A program made the position numbers and the translations under genes. From assembly GCA_963777315.1 (NCBI GenBank), contig CAVZQC010000004.1, positions 96,001-160,000 of the forward strand: a stretch of 64,000 bases of DNA. Reading direction: 5' to 3'. Shown here piece by piece: positions 56,989-64,000 of this stretch (the stretch's first letter is position 1; every line of letters begins with the position of its first letter). Source of the DNA: Vulcanimicrobiota bacterium (GTDB lineage: Bacteria > Vulcanimicrobiota > Vulcanimicrobiia > Vulcanimicrobiales > Vulcanimicrobiaceae). A model generated the notes under the pieces. The model saw nothing but the letters and a program-made list of their open reading frames with translations. It ran no database searches and was not told the DNA's origin.

Positions 56989-58479
56989 GTGGATAGCGGC
57001 GCCATTTTGGCCATGAGCGCGGCGAGCATCGCGCGCGCCGTCAACGAGCGTTCCGTTTCCGCAGCGCAGGTCACCGAGACCGTGCTCGCGCACGTCGACT
57101 GTCTCGACGACCGTCTGGGATGTTATTTGAGCCGGCTGCACGCATTGGCGCGCGAACATGCCGCGCGCGTGGACGATCGCGTGCGCGCAGGACAAACGCT
57201 GCCGCTTGCCGGCGTGCCCGTTGCGGTCAAAGACAACATGTGCTTGGCCGGCACGCGTACCACGTGCGGTTCCAAGATGCTGGAAAACTGGATCGCGCCC
57301 TACACCGCCACCGCGGTGCAGCGCATAGTGGATGCCGGCGGCATTCCGATCGGCAAGGCCAACATGGACGAGTTCGCGATGGGCAGCTCGTGCGAGAACA
57401 GCGCGCTCGGAACGACGCGCAACCCGTACGATCCCGATCGCGTTCCGGGCGGCAGTTCGGGCGGATCGGCCGCGGCAGTCGCCTCGCACCAAGCCGCGAT
57501 CGGTATGGGCAGCGATACGGGCGGATCGATCCGCGAGCCCGGCGCTTTTTGCAATGTCGTCGGATTCAAACCCACGTACGGGCGCGTGTCGCGGTACGGT
57601 TTAATCGCGTTCGCCTCCAGCCTGGATCAGATCGGCCCGCTCACGCGCACGGTGCAGGATGCAGCGCTGGCGTACGAGGCGATGGCCGGATACGACCCGA
57701 TGGACTCGACGAGCGTGAATCGCGCCGCCGAGCCGGCGTCGACTTCCCTGCGTTCCGATCTCAGGGGCTTGCGCATCGGCATCGTCAAGGAGTTTGCGAC
57801 CGAGAAACTCGGGCCGCAGATAGACGCGCTCTACCGGCGCGCGTATGAAGAACTGCGCGAGCTGGGCGCGCAGCTCGTCGATGTGTCGCTGCCCACGGCG
57901 GACTACGGTTTGGCGACGTACTATCTCATCGCGCCGGCCGAGTGCAGCAGCAACCTGGCCCGTTTCGACGGCGTGCGTTACGGTCTGCGCGTAGACGGCG
58001 GCGACGTCGGTCAAATGTACGAGCGTACGCGAGCCGCGGGTTTCGGGCCGGAGGTCAAGCGGCGCATTCTGATCGGCACGTACGCGCTTTCGAGCGGCTA
58101 CTACGACGCGTATTACGTACGCGCGCAAAAAGCGCGAACGATGTTCGCCGCGGACTTTACGCGCGCGTTCGAAAAATGCGATCTGATCGCATCGCCTGCG
58201 GCCAGTTCACCGGCGTTCGAATTCAACGCCAAGAGCGATCCGTACAGCATGTACATGATGGATTATTACACGATTCCGATGTCGCTGGCCGGTTTGCCGG
58301 CGCTGTCCGTGCCGTGCGGCTGGATCGATACGCCCGGGCGCGCCGGAAGAATGCCGATGGGGCTGCAACTGGCAGCGCCGTTGTTTGAGGAAGCCGCCTT
58401 GCTGTCGGCGGCGCACGCGTACGAACAGTCCACGCGGCATGCCGGCGAAGTCGATATTTTGGCGGCGTCTCCGGCATGA
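56989..58479 (+). CDS. gatA: Asp/Glu-tRNA amidotransferase subunit A
   Basis: AVKDN, GGSSGGS, GSDTGGSIR, SSNLARFDGVRYG, EVKRRILIG. Confidence 0.97.
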   Translation: MDSGAILAMSAASIARAVNERSVSAAQVTETVLAHVDCLDDRLGCYLSRLHALAREHAARVDDRVRAGQTLPLAGVPVAVKDNMCLAGTRTTCGSKMLENWIAPYTATAVQRIVDAGGIPIGKANMDEFAMGSSCENSALGTTRNPYDPDRVPGGSSGGSAAAVASHQAAIGMGSDTGGSIREPGAFCNVVGFKPTYGRVSRYGLIAFASSLDQIGPLTRTVQDAALAYEAMAGYDPMDSTSVNRAAEPASTSLRSDLRGLRIGIVKEFATEKLGPQIDALYRRAYEELRELGAQLVDVSLPTADYGLATYYLIAPAECSSNLARFDGVRYGLRVDGGDVGQMYERTRAAGFGPEVKRRILIGTYALSSGYYDAYYVRAQKARTMFAADFTRAFEKCDLIASPAASSPAFEFNAKSDPYSMYMMDYYTIPMSLAGLPALSVPCGWIDTPGRAGRMPMGLQLAAPLFEEAALLSAAHAYEQSTRHAGEVDILAASPA

Positions 58480-59927
58480 AATACGAAGCAGTCATCGGCA
58501 TCGAGTGCCACGTCGAGCTCAAGACGCAGACCAAGATGTTCTGCTCGTGTCCAAATGAGTTCGGCGGTGAGCCCAACACCAAAGTCTGTCCGGTCTGTTT
58601 GGCATTGCCGGGCTCGCTGCCGGTGGCAAATGCGGCCGCAATCCAGCACATGATCGCGGCCGGCTTGGCATTCGGCGCCCGGATTCCGGCCTTCTCGAAG
58701 TTCGACCGCAAAAACTATTTCTATCCCGACATGCCGAAGAATTACCAGATATCGCAGTACGACATGCCGCTTACGCAGGGCGGCGCAGTCAGGTACTGGC
58801 TCGACGATGGTTCGATGAAAGAATGCCGCCTTACGCGGATCCATTTGGAAGAAGATACCGGCAAGTCCATGCATGCCGGCAGCGGCGACGGTCGAATCGC
58901 GGGCAGCAGTCATTCGCTGATCGATTTCAACCGCGCCGGCGTGCCGCTCATGGAGTGCGTCTCGGAACCCGACCTTCGCAGCGCTCAGGAAGCCGTCGCG
59001 TATTTGGAGTCCCTCAAGCGCACGTTCGTGCAGCTGGGCGTAAGCGACGTGAAGATGGAAGAAGGGTCGCTGCGCTGCGATGCCAACGTTTCGATTCGTC
59101 CCATCGGTACGGCGCAGCTCGGTACGAAGACCGAAATAAAAAACATGAACTCGTTTCGCTCGGTCCATCGGGCGATTGAAAGCGAAATCGAACGCCAGAT
59201 CGAGCTGGTCGAGTCCGGACGGCGCGTCGTGCAGGAAACGCGGGGCTGGGAGGAAGCTGCCGGGGTGACGCATTCGATGCGCAGCAAAGAGCTCGCGCAC
59301 GATTACCGCTACTTCCCGGATCCCGACCTGGTGCCGATGGAGATCGACCCCGCGGCGATCGAGCGCGTGCGAGAAACGGTTCACGTTTTGCCTTGGCAGC
59401 GCTTCGAACGCTATCACGGCGAATACGGCCTGGACGTCAAACCGGCCACCCAGCTGATCGATAACCTGCCGCTGGCGCAGTATTTTGAAAAATGCGTGCA
59501 GGCCGGCGCCGATCCGCAGCAGAGCATGAACTTCGTGCTCGGCGAGCTGTCGCGACTGGCCAACGAAACCGGCGTACCGGTCCATGAATCGCCCATAACC
59601 CCCGAGCATTTGGCCGAGCTGATCGAACTGGTGCAAGCCAAGACGGTCAACTCCAAGATTGCCAAAGAACTGCTGGAGCGCATGTGGCACGGCGACGGCG
59701 CTCCGCGTGCGATCGTCGAACGCGAAGGGTTGGCGCAGACCAGCGACAGCGGCGAGCTGGAGCAATTCGTCGGCGACGTGCTTGCGGCCAACGCGCAGGC
59801 CGCGGCAGATTACAAGGCCGGTAAAACCAACATTCTCGGGTTTCTGACCGGTCAAGTGATGAAGGCTTCCCGCGGCAAAGCCAATCCTGCGCTGGTTCAG
59901 GATTTGCTCAAGCAAAAGCTGGGCTAA
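58476..59927 (+). CDS. gatB: Asp/Glu-tRNA amidotransferase subunit B
   Basis: GIECHVEL, FDRKNYFYPD, RIHLEED, RCDANVS, YRYFPDPDL. Confidence 0.97.
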   Translation: MKYEAVIGIECHVELKTQTKMFCSCPNEFGGEPNTKVCPVCLALPGSLPVANAAAIQHMIAAGLAFGARIPAFSKFDRKNYFYPDMPKNYQISQYDMPLTQGGAVRYWLDDGSMKECRLTRIHLEEDTGKSMHAGSGDGRIAGSSHSLIDFNRAGVPLMECVSEPDLRSAQEAVAYLESLKRTFVQLGVSDVKMEEGSLRCDANVSIRPIGTAQLGTKTEIKNMNSFRSVHRAIESEIERQIELVESGRRVVQETRGWEEAAGVTHSMRSKELAHDYRYFPDPDLVPMEIDPAAIERVRETVHVLPWQRFERYHGEYGLDVKPATQLIDNLPLAQYFEKCVQAGADPQQSMNFVLGELSRLANETGVPVHESPITPEHLAELIELVQAKTVNSKIAKELLERMWHGDGAPRAIVEREGLAQTSDSGELEQFVGDVLAANAQAAADYKAGKTNILGFLTGQVMKASRGKANPALVQDLLKQKLG

Positions 59928-59937
59928 GCGCACCGTC

Positions 59938-62331
59938 GTGAGCGTGTCGAACGACGTCGAGGCCGTCGAACAGCAACCACCGCTCGCGGATGCCCGAACG
60001 CTCGAAACGCTCGACTTCGCAGCGGTGCGCGAACGCGTCGTTGCCGCCGCGAGCACGCAGCGCGGGCGCCGTTATGCCGCGCAGCTGAGCCCGCTTGCGG
60101 ATTTCGGCCGCGTGCGTGCCCAGCAAGCGGCCACGGCGCAAATCCGCGACCTTGTAGCCGTCGCCGACATGCACGTGCTGCCTGCGGCCGACACCGCCGA
60201 GCTCACCCAGCGCGCCGAAATCGGAACTCCATTGGCCGCTGCGGAGCTGCGCTCCGTCGGCGACGCGCTGTCGGCCGCCGCAGCCGCTTGGGCCAAAACG
60301 CGCGAACGGCCGAGCGGTCCGATCGAGGCGCTCACCGAGCGGTACCGCCCGCTCAAAGACCTCCAGCGCGCGCTCGTGGATGCGATCGACGAACGCGGCG
60401 TCGTGCTGGAACGCGCATCACCGGCGCTCGGGCGCATTCGTAAGAACATCGGTCAGGCGCAATCGCAAGCGCGCGACCGGGTCGGTGCGCTGCTGCGTTC
60501 CGCAAAATACGCCAAGGCGATTCAAGACGCGGTGGTGACGATACGCGAGGGGCGGTTCGTCGTACCCATCAAGGCGGAGTTCGGCGGAGAATTTCCCGGC
60601 ATCGTCCACGACACCAGTTCGAGCGGACAAACGCTATTCGTCGAACCGCTGGCCGCGCTGGATGACAACAATCGCGTGCGCACGCTGCTTTTGCAAGAAG
60701 AGCGCGAAATCGCTCGAATCCTGCAAGAGCTTTCCCGCCAAGTCGGCGCAGTCGCCGGTCAAATCGAAGCAAACGTCGAGATCCTGGCGGTGCTGGACGT
60801 CCTCGTCGCCAAAGCGCGTGTTGCCGCGGCGATGGACGCACGCGAACCCGAGCTCCTCGAAACGCCCACCTTAAGCATCCACGACGGTCGCCACCCGCTG
60901 CTGGGCGGGCGTGCCGTGCCGCAAACGCTCGAAATAGACGAAAGCGCGCGCCTGATCGTCATCAGCGGGCCGAACATGGGCGGCAAAACCGTGGCGTTGA
61001 AAATGGTCGGCTTGTTCGTGGCGATGACGTACGCCGGCATGCAGATTCCGGCGGGTGAAGGCAGCGCAATAGGGTGCTTTACGCGCGTCTTCACCGACAT
61101 CGGCGACGAGCAGTCGATCGTCGAGAACGCTTCGACGTTTTCCGCGCACATTCGACGGATGCGCCAGATCGTTGCGCAGGCGGACGAACGTTCGTTGGTG
61201 CTGGTCGACGAAATCGGCCAAGGCACGGAGCCGGCCAGCGGGGCCGCCCTGGCGGTCGCGATGCTCGAGCGTCTGTTGCAGGTACGCGCGGGCGGAATCG
61301 TGACCACGCACGCGACCGAACTCAAACTGTTCGCTCACCAGTCGCCCGGAGTCGTCAACGCGAGCGTTCGCTTCGACCCGCGTTCGTTTGCGCCGACGTA
61401 TCACTTGGACGTCGGAATGCCCGGTCAATCTCTGGCATTTCCGCTTGCGCGTTCGCTCGGCATACCGCCGGAGCTCATTGCACGCGCGGAATCGCTGCTG
61501 GGCACGCGCGAGCGGGATTACGAAAGTGCGCTCGCAGAGCTTTCCCAACTGAACGCGCAAGTACAGAGCGAGCGCGATGCTCTCGCGCGGGAACGCGCGC
61601 ACGTCGATCGCCTGCAGGACAATCTGCGTTCGCGCGGGCAGGCGTTGGAGCGCGAGCGGCGGCAGTTTGCAGGCGAAGCGGAAACGCGCCTGCAGGCGGC
61701 GTTGCGCGAATTCACCACCGAACTTGCTCGCCGCGCGGCCGAACAGCAGCGATCCGCGCGGCCGAAAGTCACCGCATCGCAAAGTGCGCTGTTCCAGCAC
61801 ACGATCGATGAAATGCGCCGCGATCTGAAGATCGAACGGCGCGAGGCAGCGAACGATGCTCAAACCCATCGTGGAGTACTGGAGCAGGGCGAGCCGGTTC
61901 GCGTGCTTTCCCTGAACCAAGACGCGACCGTCATTTCCGACAACGGCGACACGGTGCTCGTGAGCGTCGGGCCGATGAAGACCGTCGTGCAAAAGCGCGA
62001 CGTGGAGCGCGCAGGCGTCGCAGACCGTAAACCTGCCTCCGGAGAACGCAGTCGAGGCGGCCAAGCGCGCATGGAAGCCGCGGCGCGCACGACGGCCGAG
62101 CTCGACGTTCGCGGCAAACGGTACGTGGAAGCAGAACCGCTGGTCGATCGGTGGATCGATCAAGCCGTTCTTGCGGGAAGCTCGCCGCTGCGCCTGATCC
62201 ACGGCAAGGGCACGGGCATGCTCGGGCGCGGGCTGCAAGAGTTTCTGCGCGCGCATCCGCAGGTTGCCGAAGTGAGGTACGGCGACGAAAACGAAGGCGG
62301 CGGCGGCGTTACGATCTTCGAGCTAAAATAG
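59938..62331 (+). CDS. mutS2: MutS2 with Smr domain
   Basis: SSSGQTLFVEP, SGPNMGGKT, DIGDEQS, STFS.H, TTH, coiled coil, IHGKGTG Smr motif. Confidence 0.95.
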   Translation: MSVSNDVEAVEQQPPLADARTLETLDFAAVRERVVAAASTQRGRRYAAQLSPLADFGRVRAQQAATAQIRDLVAVADMHVLPAADTAELTQRAEIGTPLAAAELRSVGDALSAAAAAWAKTRERPSGPIEALTERYRPLKDLQRALVDAIDERGVVLERASPALGRIRKNIGQAQSQARDRVGALLRSAKYAKAIQDAVVTIREGRFVVPIKAEFGGEFPGIVHDTSSSGQTLFVEPLAALDDNNRVRTLLLQEEREIARILQELSRQVGAVAGQIEANVEILAVLDVLVAKARVAAAMDAREPELLETPTLSIHDGRHPLLGGRAVPQTLEIDESARLIVISGPNMGGKTVALKMVGLFVAMTYAGMQIPAGEGSAIGCFTRVFTDIGDEQSIVENASTFSAHIRRMRQIVAQADERSLVLVDEIGQGTEPASGAALAVAMLERLLQVRAGGIVTTHATELKLFAHQSPGVVNASVRFDPRSFAPTYHLDVGMPGQSLAFPLARSLGIPPELIARAESLLGTRERDYESALAELSQLNAQVQSERDALARERAHVDRLQDNLRSRGQALERERRQFAGEAETRLQAALREFTTELARRAAEQQRSARPKVTASQSALFQHTIDEMRRDLKIERREAANDAQTHRGVLEQGEPVRVLSLNQDATVISDNGDTVLVSVGPMKTVVQKRDVERAGVADRKPASGERSRGGQARMEAAARTTAELDVRGKRYVEAEPLVDRWIDQAVLAGSSPLRLIHGKGTGMLGRGLQEFLRAHPQVAEVRYGDENEGGGGVTIFELK

Positions 62332-62382
62332 CGTGCGCCGATGAAGGGCCGGCCGCAGAGCTCGAGCGAACCCGAATCGGCT

Positions 62383-63567
62383 ATGTCGCGCATTTACGCT
62401 GACGATCTCTTGGACGGTTTCGACCGCGTCGAAACTCGGTCCGAGTTTGAGGAGATGCTGCGCGAAGGCAGGCCGCTGACCGTCAAGCTCGGCTTGGATC
62501 CCACGAGCGCCGATCTGCATATCGGGCACGCCGTGGTGCTCCACAAGCTGCAGCAATTCGTACAGGCGGGGCACCGCGTCGTGCTGCTCATCGGCGACTT
62601 CACCGCGCGCATCGGCGATCCGAGCGGCCGAAACGCGCTGCGCCCGCCGCTCAGCGGGGAAGAGATCGAAGCGAACATGAAAACGTACGCCGATCAGGCC
62701 GGCAAAGTGCTCGACATGGATCGCGTCGTCCTGCAGTACAACTCGCACTGGCTGGCGCCTTTGCATATGGCCGACTTGCTGCGGCTGCTTTCGCGCGTTA
62801 CCGTCGCGCAGATGCTCGAGCGCGAGGACTTCCGCGCGCGTTATGCGGCGGGTACTCCGATCTCGTTGCACGAGTTCTTGTATCCGGTCGCGCAGGCGTA
62901 CGACAGCGTTGCGCTGCAGGCGGACGTCGAACTGGGCGGCAACGATCAACTCTTCAACCTGCTTATGGGACGGCACTATCAGCGCGAGCTGGGTCAGCGC
63001 GAACAGATCTGCATGACGCTTCCGCTGCTTGAAGGGCTCGACGGCGTCGAAAAAATGTCCAAGTCCAAGGGCAACTACGTCGGGTTGACCGAGCCGCCCG
63101 AGCAGCAGTTCGGCAAACTGATGCGCATATCGGACGAAATGATTGCGCGTTATGCGCGATTGGCCGCCTTCCGTTCCGAGGCACAGGTGCGCGATCTCGC
63201 GCGCGGCCTTCAGCAAGGAAGCCTGCATCCGATGGCTGAGAAGAAACGCGTCGCGCACGACGTCGTCGCGCTGTACCACGGCGGCGAAGCTGCCGCGGCG
63301 GCATTGGAGTATTTCGAGCGAACGGTTCAGCGCAAAGAAGTGCCGGAAAACGTCCCGGAGTTACCGCTGGGGACGTCGCGCCGCGTGGTGGATGTGATAG
63401 TGGCGGCGGGTTTTGCGGACAGCAGGCGTGCCGCCGAGCGACTAATCTCGGGGAACGGCGTGAAGGTCGATGGTATACTCGTTGACGATCCTAAGGCCGT
63501 TTGGAGCGCCTCGAGACCTGCGATGCTCTCGGTAGGATCGCGAAAATTCGTGAAGGTGTTGCCGTGA
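62383..63567 (+). CDS. tyrS: Tyrosyl-tRNA synthetase (alternative start 62341)
   Basis: GLDPTSADLHIGH, QAYDS, GGNDQ.FN, KMSKS, C-terminal S4 domain. Confidence 0.96.
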   Translation: MSRIYADDLLDGFDRVETRSEFEEMLREGRPLTVKLGLDPTSADLHIGHAVVLHKLQQFVQAGHRVVLLIGDFTARIGDPSGRNALRPPLSGEEIEANMKTYADQAGKVLDMDRVVLQYNSHWLAPLHMADLLRLLSRVTVAQMLEREDFRARYAAGTPISLHEFLYPVAQAYDSVALQADVELGGNDQLFNLLMGRHYQRELGQREQICMTLPLLEGLDGVEKMSKSKGNYVGLTEPPEQQFGKLMRISDEMIARYARLAAFRSEAQVRDLARGLQQGSLHPMAEKKRVAHDVVALYHGGEAAAAALEYFERTVQRKEVPENVPELPLGTSRRVVDVIVAAGFADSRRAAERLISGNGVKVDGILVDDPKAVWSASRPAMLSVGSRKFVKVLP

Positions 63568-63743
63568 AAGATCGCAAGTTCGTCTGCAAGCGCTGCAAAC
63601 GCGAATACCGTTATCCGCAGCCGGAAGGGCCGCCGATCCGATGCGAATGCGGCTGGTGGTACGAGAACGTACGCGGAAGCATCAAAGAGGCATTCTGGCA
63701 GCGCATCGAACCGTATCGCGTGCCGCCGGCTAAGCTCTTTTGA
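63564..63743 (+). CDS. Small zinc-ribbon-like protein
   Basis: GTGA overlap with the tyrS stop; CKRC...CECG in 59 aa. Confidence 0.6.
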   Translation: MKDRKFVCKRCKREYRYPQPEGPPIRCECGWWYENVRGSIKEAFWQRIEPYRVPPAKLF

Positions 63744-64000
63744 GGCGTTCGGCCAGTTCGCTCACTTCCTCCGCGCCGAACACGTAGATCTTCTTACAAA
63801 AATCGCAGGTCGCTTGCGTTTCGCTGCGCTCGCGCGCGAGCTTGCGCAGTTCGTCGGCTCCCAGACCCAGCAGTGCCGACTCGACTTTTTCACGCGAGCA
63901 CCGGCATGCGAATTGCACGTCGATCGTTCGATGCGATCGCATGTTCGCAGAACCCGCCAGCGCTTGCAAAAGACCGCTCGCGTCGGCGCCCCCGGCGATC
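63730..64000 (-). CDS. hslO: Hsp33 redox chaperone, C-terminal part (runs off the window)
   Basis: FACRCSREK...LG..EL...TCDFCKKIY.F zinc-centre motif. Confidence 0.88.
   Translation of the reverse strand, partial: IAGGADASGLLQALAGSANMRSHRTIDVQFACRCSREKVESALLGLGADELRKLARERSETQATCDFCKKIYVFGAEEVSELAERLKRA

Noticed and set aside
3568..60056. Many long antisense or alternate-frame ORFs (e.g. 3568-5139, 14773-16137, 38114-39829, 44211-45173, 58266-60056)
   Set aside because: They shadow well-supported genes and have no motifs, as expected in high-GC coding DNA.

Overview
GC-rich bacterial chromosome segment. Gene families and protein styles suggest Candidatus Eremiobacterota (inference, not verified). 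1-2.2 kb: 3' part of a GH125 mannosidase and purA. 2.4-30.7 kb: a Firmicutes-style flagellar/chemotaxis cluster (fliF-G-H-I-J, motE-like, fliK, flgD, TIGR02530-like, flgE, flbD, motAB, fliM, fliY/N, fliO-P-Q-R, flhB, flhA, PilZ, cheY-C-A-W) with four sigma28-type promoters. It is interrupted by a cyclase-STAND-TPR gene block and an antisense Vgb-like lipoprotein. 30.8-40.6 kb: TonB-dependent receptor, BlaI plus a BlaR/M56 peptidase carrying a pentapeptide-repeat domain, a putative outer-membrane protein and a secreted protein. 40.5-49.8 kb: hydantoinase/oxoprolinase A/B and an imuA-imuB-dnaE2 cassette behind a LexA box. 49.8-64 kb: HTH/TPR-like protein, HAF-repeat lipoprotein, HiPIP, TonB-like protein, ModA/WtpA-like protein, rlmD, gatCAB, mutS2, tyrS, a small Zn-ribbon protein and the 3' end of hslO. 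Best candidates for an undescribed system: (i) a post-transcriptional module around flgE (TIGR02530 protein, a two-hairpin leader, and a duplicated CACGGAUG-loop hairpin downstream); (ii) a 9-mer GGTTCCTTA at an identical offset behind two sigma28 promoters; (iii) the BlaI/BlaR-pentapeptide sensor. Three genes are split by +1 insertions, all at AGCT sites, probably sequencing errors. No rRNA, tRNA, CRISPR array or mobile element could be supported.
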